A stretch of 64,000 bases of DNA from an uncultured Gemmatimonadales bacterium. GTDB taxonomy: Bacteria; Gemmatimonadota; Gemmatimonadetes; Longimicrobiales; RSA9. The notes beneath the pieces are model-generated. The model ran no database searches. It was given only the letters and a program-made list of their open reading frames with translations, and was not told where the DNA came from. Location of the stretch: the NCBI GenBank assembly GCA_963816355.1, contig CAWFKH010000003.1, forward strand, positions 352,001 to 416,000, written 5' to 3'. The position numbers and the translations under genes were made by a program. Below, in pieces: positions 9,133-17,538 of the stretch. Position 1 is the stretch's first letter. Every line of letters starts with the position of its first letter.

Positions 9133-10218
9133 ATGCTCGCTCGCCTTCTCGCCGTCGCGCTGCTCGCCGCGGCACCTCTCCGCGCGCAGGTGCGCGTCTC
9201 CGCGGAGCGGGAGAACCTGCGCGACGCGCCCGCGGGCGACATCCTGGGCGTCGTCCTCCGCGGCACCGCGCTCGGCGCGGGCGAGGCGCGCGGCGGCTGG
9301 CGCGCCGTCACGCTCGAGGGCTGGATCTGGACGCCTTCGGTGGCCGCCGTCGGTGCGGCCGGCGCGGAAGTCGCCGTCGCCGTGCCCGGCGGCGAGAACC
9401 TGCGCAGCGCGCCCGGAGGCGACGTCGTCGCGACGATCGCGGTCGGCACGCGCCTCACCGTGCTGGGGCGCAGCGAACGCTGGATCCGGGTGCGGCGGTC
9501 CGGCTGGATGTGGCGCGCGTCGCTCGCCGCGGCGGGGCGGCCGGCGGGCGCGGCGTCGGGGGAAGGCGCGCGGCCCGCGTCCGCTCCGTCCGGCGCGGCG
9601 GCCGGGGCGCGCGCGGACCCGGCGGCGGGCGGCGGTGCGGCGTCGGAGCAGGCGGCGGCGGCGCGCGCGGATTCGGTGGCGACGGCCATGCCGGCGGTGT
9701 CGCCCGGCGGTGTGGCGAGGGTCGCCGCGGGGCTCGCGGGGGCGGCGATCCTGGCGGCGCCGGGGGCGGACACGATCGCGCGCCTGGAACCGCTCGGCCG
9801 CGTGCAGGTGCTCGAGGAGAGGGAGGGCTGGTCGCGCGTGCGGGTGGAGGGGTGGGTGCCAACGGCGCGCCTGGCGGCGGCCGGGGACACGAGCGTGGTG
9901 CTCGGCGACGAGGCCGCCGCGATCCTCGGCAGGGATCCGAGCGCGCTGCGCGGGCGCCGGGTGGAATGGCATCTGAGGTTCCTGCGCCTGCAGCGGGCGG
10001 ACTCTCTCCGCGCGGACTTCCAGCCCGGCCAGCCGTTTCTGCTCGCGACGGGCCCCGGCGCCTCGAACGGCCTGGTGTACGTCGGTGTGCCGCCGAGGCT
10101 GCTGCGCCGCGTACGGGCGCTCCGGCCGCTGGAGAGCTTCGTCGCGCTCGCCCGCGTCCGTGAGCCGCGCTCGCGGCAGACCGGCGTGCCCGTCCTCGAT
10201 CTGCTCGACTTCCGCTGA
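9133..10218 (+). CDS. Exported protein with three SH3b-like repeats and an unassigned C-terminal domain
   Basis: Signal peptide; ENLRDAPAG..GWIW, ENLRSAPGG..GWMW, ILAAPGA..GWVP. Confidence 0.75.
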   Translation: MLARLLAVALLAAAPLRAQVRVSAERENLRDAPAGDILGVVLRGTALGAGEARGGWRAVTLEGWIWTPSVAAVGAAGAEVAVAVPGGENLRSAPGGDVVATIAVGTRLTVLGRSERWIRVRRSGWMWRASLAAAGRPAGAASGEGARPASAPSGAAAGARADPAAGGGAASEQAAAARADSVATAMPAVSPGGVARVAAGLAGAAILAAPGADTIARLEPLGRVQVLEEREGWSRVRVEGWVPTARLAAAGDTSVVLGDEAAAILGRDPSALRGRRVEWHLRFLRLQRADSLRADFQPGQPFLLATGPGASNGLVYVGVPPRLLRRVRALRPLESFVALARVREPRSRQTGVPVLDLLDFR

Positions 10219-10430
10219 GCGCGACCGGCGGCAGGGGCCCCGCGGCGCGCCCGGGTGCGGGGCGGCGAGCGGCGGCCACCGGTGGGGGAACCGAACGCGT
10301 CGAACGACGGATTTCAGCGGAACCGCTCCAGCGGGTACGAGGTAGTAGGTGCGGTCGGCTCCGGGTTTGCCGCCGAGCCGCGACAGCGCGCCGGGACGGG
10401 CGTGCATCCGCAAGACTGCGAGGAATCCCG

Positions 10431-12674
10431 ATGCGCTCGAAAAGACCGGCGGCCTGGATCGCGCTCGCCCTCGTGGTGCCCCTCGCGGCCGCGGCGTGCG
10501 GCGACGGCGGCACCACGCCCCCGGCGCCGAAGCACTACGACATCGCGATCGAGGGCGGCGACGCGCAGTTCGGCCTGGCCGGGACCGAGCTCGCGCAGCC
10601 GCTCCAGGTGGTCGTCTCCGACCCGCAGACCGCGCTGCCGCAGAAGGGCGTCACGGTGAGCTGGAGCGTGAGCGCGGGCGATGGCGCGTCCGTCGACCCC
10701 ACCACCTCCGTGACCGACTCCACCGGCGTCGCATCCACGAGTCTCACGCTCGGCCCCTCTCCGGGCCAGTACGTCGTGCGGGCGGACATCCCTTCGGGCG
10801 TCGTGACGCCCGTCGAGTTCGACGTGACCGCGCTCGCGCAGGCGCCCACGATCACGTCGATCTCGCCCCAGACGCCCTCGGCGGGAGACACGGTCACGAT
10901 CACCGGCGAGAACTTCTTCGGTGGCGCCAGCGACCTGCAGGTGCTCTTCGACGGCTTCTCCGGCCTGGTCGTGTCCGCCACTAGCACCCAGATCCGCGCG
11001 GTGATCCCGCCGTGTCTGCCAGGGCGCACCGTTCAGGTGTCGGTGGCGATCGGCTCCGTCGCCGGTCCGGCCACCTCGCTCGACGTCGTGAGCGCCGGCG
11101 TCGCGGTTCTCCAGCTCCCCGTCGGCGGCGTGATCAGCGCGGCGGGGGAGCAGGACGTGGCGTGCCTCCGCATCGATCCGCAGCTCTCCGGCACGCGCTT
11201 CCTGGTCGCGATCCAGAACGCGACCGCGGTCGCGGGCGCGTCGATGCCGTTCCACTTCACGGCGCTGGCGGGAGCCGGCGTCGTCGCCTCGCTCGCGCCG
11301 CGCGGTGGCGCCTTCGACCTGCAGGCGACGACGGCGCTCACGGGCATGGCGCGGCGGCCGGCGCCGCCGTCCCCGCAGATCGCGTGGGAGATGCGGATCC
11401 GCCAGCGCGAGCGGAACGAGCTGCGGCCGCAGGACTTCATCCGCGGACGGCGCCCGGCCGTCGCGGGCGACGTCGTCGCCGCGGTGCCGAGCGTCGGTGA
11501 CCAGAAGGACTTCCAGGTGGTCAACAAGGACAATCAGTTCACCAAGGTGAGCGCCGTGGTGAAGTTCGTGGGCGCCCACGGCGTCATCTATCAGGACGTC
11601 AACGCCCCGGCGAACGGCTTCACCACCACGCAGTTCCAGCATTTCTCGGAGTTGTTCGACGACCCGATCTACGACACCGACGTCGCCACCTACGGCGCGC
11701 CCTCCGACATCGACGGCAACGAGCACGTCGACATCCTCTTCACGCCGGTGGTGAACGAGCTGACGCCGAAGGGCAGCAACGGCTTCGTCGCCGGGTTCTT
11801 CTACGGCAACGACCTCAGCACGAACCAGGGCAGCAACCGCGGCGAGATCTTCTACAGCCTGGTGCCGGATCCGACCGGCAAGTTCGGCGACGTGCGCTCC
11901 ACGAGCGACATCTTCGAAGTGGTGCCGCCCACGCTCGCCCACGAGTTCATGCACATGATCCACTACAACCAGCGCGTCCTGATCCGCGGCGGCTTCGGCC
12001 TCGACGCGCTGTGGCTCTCCGAGGGCCTCGCGCACACCGCCGAGGACGTGGTCGGCCAGGTGTTCGCCGACCGCGGCGACCTGGCCAACGCCGACGAGTT
12101 CCAGAGCTCCAACTACGCTCGGGCCTACTACTATCTCGGCAGCTTCAGCCAGTCCCCGGACCACACCTACGATGTGAGCCTCCTGGCCGAGGACGGCTTC
12201 GGCTCGCTCGAGCAGCGCGGCGCCGCGTGGCTCATGCTGAAATACCTGCGGGGGCTCTACGGCGACGGCCTCCTCAAGCAACTCGTGCAGACCACGCTCA
12301 GCAGCGCCGACAACATCTCGAGCCATACCGGACAGTCGTGGCAGTCGATCTTCAACGACTGGTCCGTGGCCCTGTACGCCGACAACGATCCGGAGCTCAG
12401 CGGCGCCAACATCCCCGCCAGATACCAGTTCGCCAAGATCGACCTGCGCAAGACGATTTTCTCCTCCAGCCGGGGCGGCTTCGCGCTCCAGCCGGAGCAG
12501 CACGGCTTCGTCGACTTCGACATCGCGGATACGCTGCCGGCCGCGAGCCCGTTCTTCCTCATCCTCGACGCCGGCGCGTCCACGGACCCGCTGAACCTCA
12601 ACCTCGCGCCCCGCTTCGGCTCGAAGTTCGGCGGCGACAGCCGCGCCCAGATCGCGATCCTGCGCCTGCGCTGA
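10431..12674 (+). CDS. Lipoprotein with Ig-like and IPT/TIG domains and a zinc metallopeptidase (M30-like gluzincin)
   Basis: Lipobox AAAC; GDAQ.G..G..L..PL.V.V Big domain; PTITSISP..GDTVTITGENF; AHEFMHMI..WLSEGLA. Confidence 0.8.
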   Translation: MRSKRPAAWIALALVVPLAAAACGDGGTTPPAPKHYDIAIEGGDAQFGLAGTELAQPLQVVVSDPQTALPQKGVTVSWSVSAGDGASVDPTTSVTDSTGVASTSLTLGPSPGQYVVRADIPSGVVTPVEFDVTALAQAPTITSISPQTPSAGDTVTITGENFFGGASDLQVLFDGFSGLVVSATSTQIRAVIPPCLPGRTVQVSVAIGSVAGPATSLDVVSAGVAVLQLPVGGVISAAGEQDVACLRIDPQLSGTRFLVAIQNATAVAGASMPFHFTALAGAGVVASLAPRGGAFDLQATTALTGMARRPAPPSPQIAWEMRIRQRERNELRPQDFIRGRRPAVAGDVVAAVPSVGDQKDFQVVNKDNQFTKVSAVVKFVGAHGVIYQDVNAPANGFTTTQFQHFSELFDDPIYDTDVATYGAPSDIDGNEHVDILFTPVVNELTPKGSNGFVAGFFYGNDLSTNQGSNRGEIFYSLVPDPTGKFGDVRSTSDIFEVVPPTLAHEFMHMIHYNQRVLIRGGFGLDALWLSEGLAHTAEDVVGQVFADRGDLANADEFQSSNYARAYYYLGSFSQSPDHTYDVSLLAEDGFGSLEQRGAAWLMLKYLRGLYGDGLLKQLVQTTLSSADNISSHTGQSWQSIFNDWSVALYADNDPELSGANIPARYQFAKIDLRKTIFSSSRGGFALQPEQHGFVDFDIADTLPAASPFFLILDAGASTDPLNLNLAPRFGSKFGGDSRAQIAILRLR

Positions 12675-12713
12675 CGACGGACTGCGGTCGTCTGCGCGGA
12701 CGTCCGACCGCGC

Positions 12714-13835
12714 TCACTCGACCGGCTCGAGCCGCGCGTTCGGGCGGAAGCGCCGCCCCACCTTCGCGACCGGCGCACCCTCCACGCGCACCACGTCCGC
12801 GGTGAAGTCGAAGCCGCCGCGGAAGAGCGACGTGCCCACGCCGTACGAGTCGACCGGCACCTTCATCTCCTCGAAGCGCCGGATCTTCTCCGCGTCGAAG
12901 CCGCCGGAGACGGCGATCCTCACGGCGCCGAACCCGGCGGCGTCGAGCGCGTCGCGCACGTTGTGGACGAGGCGGGGATTGACGCCGCGCGGGTCGAAGT
13001 CCCCCATCTGTGGCACGATCGAGCGGTCGACGAGCGTCTCCGACGTGTCGAGGCGGACGCCGTAGAGGCGCTCTCCCAGCGCCCGCGCGACGGCGAGCGA
13101 GGTGCCGACGCAGTCGTTGTCGAAGTCGACGAGGCTGATGACGCGCACGTCGCTCGGGATCAGGGCGGCGTAGGCGCGCGTGGCGGCGACGGTGTCGCCG
13201 CGGTAGCACGCGATCAGTGAGTGCGGCACCGTGCCGATCCCCTCCGATCCCCACCAGGACGCCTGCGCGTCGGTCGAGACGCCGATCGCGCCGGCGATGT
13301 GAGCGGCGTAGCCGTCGCCGGTCTGCACGAGCCAGTGATCGTGGCGCGCGGGGAAGAACATGATCGGCTTCGGCCACGCGGCTTCGACGACGCGTCGCGT
13401 GTTCGTGGCGACCTTCGTCCGTCGCGCGAGGACGCCGAGGTAGAGCGTCTCCAGATGGGCGAAGGCGGGATACGGTCCGGTGATCGTGAGGACGGTCTCC
13501 CACGGTCGGATCGGATCGCCGTCGCGGAGCGCGTGCACCTCGAGATCCTCCCACACGTAGCCGTCCGTCAGGCACAGTTTCAGGATCGCGATCGCCTCGT
13601 CGATCCCGCCGAGCCACGCCTCGCGCTTCTGGAAGACCTGCATCGTGACCGCGGCTTCGAGCGACTCCGCGAGGAGCGCCTCCCGCGTCAGCACGAAGTA
13701 CTTGTCACTGTAGTAGCCGTCCCGCATCCGCTCTGCCGGGAGCTGGAAGATCGCAGGGTCGAGCCGGCGTTGCGGCCGCAGCGGCGGCGGCGGAGTGCCC
13801 CCGGCGGCTGCGTGGATCGGCGTCGTATCGGTCAT
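12714..13835 (-). CDS. Nicotinate phosphoribosyltransferase family protein
   Basis: YSDKYF, LETLYLGVL, GTVPHSLI, LVDFDND, GVRLDTS, VSGGF, YGVG. Confidence 0.85.
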   Translation of the reverse strand: MTDTTPIHAAAGGTPPPPLRPQRRLDPAIFQLPAERMRDGYYSDKYFVLTREALLAESLEAAVTMQVFQKREAWLGGIDEAIAILKLCLTDGYVWEDLEVHALRDGDPIRPWETVLTITGPYPAFAHLETLYLGVLARRTKVATNTRRVVEAAWPKPIMFFPARHDHWLVQTGDGYAAHIAGAIGVSTDAQASWWGSEGIGTVPHSLIACYRGDTVAATRAYAALIPSDVRVISLVDFDNDCVGTSLAVARALGERLYGVRLDTSETLVDRSIVPQMGDFDPRGVNPRLVHNVRDALDAAGFGAVRIAVSGGFDAEKIRRFEEMKVPVDSYGVGTSLFRGGFDFTADVVRVEGAPVAKVGRRFRPNARLEPVE

Positions 13836-13842
13836 GCGGCTC

Positions 13843-14805
13843 TCATTCGATGAAGGGTCCAGGATTCAGGCGCGCCCGGGGACGCTCGAAGTTGGCCAGC
13901 GTGACGCCCGCGATGATCACCACCGCTCCGGCGACCTGGCCGACGGTCGGCACCTCCCCCAGCCAGGCCCATGCGACGAGGAGCGCCGCGACGGGCACGA
14001 GGTTGGAATAGCTCGCGGTGCGCGTGTTTCCGATGCGACGCACGCCGATGTACCAGAGCATGTACGCGACGCCGATCCCCAGCGCTCCGCTGTAGACGAT
14101 GCTCGCCCAGGCGCCCGCGGGCAGCCGACTCCATGCGGTGCGCGCCACCGCGGGTGCGCCCACCAGCGCCAGCCCGACCGTGCCGATCCACATCGTCCAC
14201 GCCGTGACCGGGACCGGTCCGTAGCGGCCCACCAGCGCGCGCGCACCGACGGTGTAGATCGACCACGCCACCGACGCGAGGATCAGGAGCAGGTCGCCCG
14301 CGAGCGTCCGCTCGTCGATCTGCACCGCCGCCCCACCGGCCATCACGACCAGCGCCATTCCTGCCACCGTCAAGCCGACTCCGAGCCAGACGCGCGGTCG
14401 CACGCGCTCGTGGCCCAGCACCCCCGAAAGCAGCGCCGTGAGGATCGGCGTGCCGGCGAGCAGCAGGCTGGCGTTGCCCGCGCGCGTCCGGCTGATCCCG
14501 GTGATGAAGCAGAGTTGATAGAGGAGGTTGCCGAGCAGGCCGAGAGCGAGCACGCGCGGCACGTCCGCACGCCGCGGCAGCGGGATCGGCCCGCTCCGCC
14601 GCAGCGCCACGAAGACGACCGCGCTCGCGAGGGTGAACCGCACCGGGTTGAACGCCATCGGGGCGACGTGGCCGAGACCGACCTTGATGACCGAGAAGTT
14701 CACGGCCCAGATCGCGACCAGCGCGAGGAGCGGGAGCGATGCGGACGGCGGTGCGTCCTGCGGCGCGGCGCGCGCGGCCACTCTATCCTCTCTCGGTGCC
14801 GACAT
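13843..14805 (-). CDS. DMT/EamA family transporter
   Basis: IWAVNFSVIK, about 10 hydrophobic helices, two EamA repeats, WLGE; start uncertain (14805 or 14841). Confidence 0.88.
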   Translation of the reverse strand: MSAPREDRVAARAAPQDAPPSASLPLLALVAIWAVNFSVIKVGLGHVAPMAFNPVRFTLASAVVFVALRRSGPIPLPRRADVPRVLALGLLGNLLYQLCFITGISRTRAGNASLLLAGTPILTALLSGVLGHERVRPRVWLGVGLTVAGMALVVMAGGAAVQIDERTLAGDLLLILASVAWSIYTVGARALVGRYGPVPVTAWTMWIGTVGLALVGAPAVARTAWSRLPAGAWASIVYSGALGIGVAYMLWYIGVRRIGNTRTASYSNLVPVAALLVAWAWLGEVPTVGQVAGAVVIIAGVTLANFERPRARLNPGPFIE

Positions 14806-14901
14806 CCGGGAATAGTCCGGGGCGGCGGCGTTCGTGCGCAAGAGCGGCGCCCTCGCTACTTTTCTTCGCGTTCAGCGTTTTCGTCGGAGAAGGAGGGAGC
14901 G

Positions 14902-15177
14902 ATGGTCGCGGCCGTTGTGCTCATTCGTGCGGAGCGGGACCGGATCCCGGGCGTCGGGCGTGAGCTCGCGGAGCTGGACGGCGTCGCCGAGGTCTATTCG
15001 GTGTCCGGCGACTGGGACCTGGTCACGATCGTCCGCGTCCCCGCCTGGGAGGAGATCGCGAGCGTCGTCACGGAGCAGATCGCGGCCGTGCGGGGCATCG
15101 AACGCACGCACACGCTGATGGCGTTCCGGATCTACTCGAAGCAGGACGTCGAGAAGGCGTTCGACATGTTCGAATAG
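14902..15177 (+). CDS. Stand-alone Lrp/AsnC ligand-binding (RAM) domain protein
   Basis: GVAEVYSVSGDWDLV, GIERTHTLMAF; strong RBS AAGGAGG; no HTH. Confidence 0.88.
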   Translation: MVAAVVLIRAERDRIPGVGRELAELDGVAEVYSVSGDWDLVTIVRVPAWEEIASVVTEQIAAVRGIERTHTLMAFRIYSKQDVEKAFDMFE

Positions 15178-15184
15178 CGCCCGC

Positions 15185-16006
15185 CTACGGTGTCGTGGCG
15201 TCCTCGTCGGCGCCGCTGCCGGCACCCTCGACGTCCGCGGCGGAGGCGGGCGGTGCCGTGGGCTCGGCGTGCGCGGCGGGGCCCGGCGCGGCCGCGGGCT
15301 TCGCTTCCGCCTTCCCGGTCGGCGCCGGGTGCTGGGTCGCCGCCTCGGCCGCGAGGGTGCGGTCGTACCAGGTGCGCGCGATCTCGGCCGCGATCTCGCG
15401 TCCGCCGAGGCCGAACGCGATGCCGGCCGCGAGCGCGGCCGCACCCACGACGGCGATGAAGGCGACGAGGACGATGTCTTCGGCGATGTCGAGCTGCTCG
15501 AGCGCCATGAAGACGGCGAGGATGATCACCGTCGCCTTGGCGGCGCGCGCGACCGTCGGGATGCCCGCGACGCCGCCCGCCGACGCGAGGACGAGGTCCT
15601 TGACGAACTCGCCCAGCACGATGCCGAGGAAGAGGATGATGACCGCGACGATCACGTTCGGGATGTAGCCGAGCAGCTCCGCGAACAACGCGCTGACCAC
15701 CGTCAGACCGAGCGCATTGGCGACGAGGAGGATGACCAGCAGCATCACGGCCCAGAAGACGAGCTTCGCGATCACCGTAGAGGCGTCGAGCCCGGTGCCG
15801 GTCCGCTCGAGTGCTTCGCTCACGCCGCCGTCCCGCATCCAGCGGTCGAAGCCGATCCGGTGCAGCGCCGCGTCCGCCCCACGCTCCACTGTCTTCGCGA
15901 TCGCGTAGCCGGCCAGCAGGATGCCGAGCGCGGCCGCGAGCTGGGGCAGATAGGCGACGATCTGGGTGATCCCCTCTTCGAGGCGCGCGATGATGCTGTC
16001 GATCAT
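15185..16006 (-). CDS. Conserved TM-helix repeat membrane protein (CmpX/MscS-associated family)
   Basis: YLPQLAAAL and YIPNVIVAV repeats, GIAFGLGGRE; RBS GGAGG. Confidence 0.85.
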   Translation of the reverse strand: MIDSIIARLEEGITQIVAYLPQLAAALGILLAGYAIAKTVERGADAALHRIGFDRWMRDGGVSEALERTGTGLDASTVIAKLVFWAVMLLVILLVANALGLTVVSALFAELLGYIPNVIVAVIILFLGIVLGEFVKDLVLASAGGVAGIPTVARAAKATVIILAVFMALEQLDIAEDIVLVAFIAVVGAAALAAGIAFGLGGREIAAEIARTWYDRTLAAEAATQHPAPTGKAEAKPAAAPGPAAHAEPTAPPASAADVEGAGSGADEDATTP

Positions 16007-16102
16007 TCATTGCCTCCAGGTTAGGCTACACGCTCGCGCCGGGGATGCGGTTTTGCAAGGGAGCGGACGGACGAACGTTCACCAGGGATGCGACGACACG
16101 GA

Positions 16103-16447
16103 ATGAGGACTTTCAAGGATCTTCGAGGCCGGGAATGGGTGGCGGAAGCGCGCGAAGAGGAGACGCCGCGCCACCATGGGCGCTTCTACCTGATCATGCG
16201 GCCCGCCGACGGCGAGGGACCGCTCCTGGCGATGCCGGAGGTGCGCTGGCAGAGCCGCGTCTCCGCCGTGCGGACGCTCCGCACGATGGGACTCTGGGAG
16301 CTGCAGCGGCGGCTCCAGTGGCTCGGCGAGCGCCGGAGCGCCGCCGGGGACCTGCCGCTCGCCGCGACCGCTACGCAGCCGCTGCTGCGCGGCACCACCG
16401 GAGAGCAGCCCCGGCCGCTTCCGCACGACCCGCGCGAGGGCGTCTGA
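16103..16447 (+). CDS. Hypothetical protein
   Basis: Protein-like composition (MRTFKDLRGREWVAEAREE..); stop overlaps the next gene. Confidence 0.65.
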   Translation: MRTFKDLRGREWVAEAREEETPRHHGRFYLIMRPADGEGPLLAMPEVRWQSRVSAVRTLRTMGLWELQRRLQWLGERRSAAGDLPLAATATQPLLRGTTGEQPRPLPHDPREGV

Positions 16448-17538
16448 GCACCCGCTACGACGAGATCCTCGCCGCCGTGCGCGCGGCGCACGGCCTCGAT
16501 CCCCGCACGTCGATCTTCGACGTGCGCGTCGAGCCCGCGGTGGATGCGCTCCTCCTCCGCGGCGCCGCCACGGACGCGCAGGCGGTCACCGACCTCGCCA
16601 ACCGTCTGCGCGAGGCCGAGCCGCGGCTCACGATCCATTCGCGCGTCACCCTCCTGCCCGAAGAGGCGCCCACGTCCGGACGACACGCGCTCGTCCGCGC
16701 CGCCGTCGCGCCCGCCTACGCGGAAGCGCGCCTCGCCTCGCCGTTGGTGACGCAGTACGTCCTGGGGGCCCACCTGGAGATCCTCGCGCGCGACGGCGTC
16801 TGGCTGCGCGTCCGTGGCGACGACGGCTACATTGCGTGGCTCCACGCGGGGTACGTCGAGACCGGTACGCTCGAGTGGGCCGAGCGGTGGCGCAACGGCG
16901 ACGGCGGCGAGCCCGCCGTCTCGCTCGGCGCCCAGCTCGAGGACGACGGCGGCGGCTTCGTCTTCCCGCTCCCCTGGGGCGCGCGCGTGATCGGCGAGGC
17001 CGGTGGCCGCTTCCGCATCCCGGACGGAAGGCGCGGCCGGCGCGCGCACGGCGAGATCGTCGCGGTCGATCGCCTACCGGACTTCTTCCCGGCGCGCGGC
17101 GAGAGCGTGGCCCGCAGCGCGCAGCGGTGGATCGGAACGCCGTACCTGTGGGGCGGCGTCACGCCCGGCGGGGCCGACTGCTCCGGTTTCCTGCAGTCGG
17201 TGTTCCGGCTCCACGGCACGGCGCTGCCGCGCGACTCCGACATGCAGGCGCGCGTGGGAGAGGCTGTGGATCCAGGCGAGGCGTTCGAGCTGCTGCGCGC
17301 CGGGGACCTCCTCTTCTTCGCAGAGCGCCCGGAGCGCGTGACTCACGTGGCGCTTTCGCTGGGGGGGGCGCGGCTGATTCACTGTGCGCTCGCGAACGGC
17401 AGCGTCGCCGTGAACGACTTGACGGGAGCGCGGCCGCCCGAGCCGGACCTGCGCGGCTGGCTCTCCGCCTGTCGCCGCGTCCTGCCCGACGCGCAGGCGG
17501 AGTCGCCGCCGCGCCTCACGGACCGCCGGGAACCGTGA
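16444..17538 (+). CDS. SH3 + NlpC/P60 (C40) peptidoglycan-peptide peptidase
   Basis: WLRVRGDDGYIAW SH3; GTPYLWGG, DCSGF, LPRDS, GDLLFF, THVAL, IHC; probable CTG start. Confidence 0.9.
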   Translation: MSTRYDEILAAVRAAHGLDPRTSIFDVRVEPAVDALLLRGAATDAQAVTDLANRLREAEPRLTIHSRVTLLPEEAPTSGRHALVRAAVAPAYAEARLASPLVTQYVLGAHLEILARDGVWLRVRGDDGYIAWLHAGYVETGTLEWAERWRNGDGGEPAVSLGAQLEDDGGGFVFPLPWGARVIGEAGGRFRIPDGRRGRRAHGEIVAVDRLPDFFPARGESVARSAQRWIGTPYLWGGVTPGGADCSGFLQSVFRLHGTALPRDSDMQARVGEAVDPGEAFELLRAGDLLFFAERPERVTHVALSLGGARLIHCALANGSVAVNDLTGARPPEPDLRGWLSACRRVLPDAQAESPPRLTDRREP

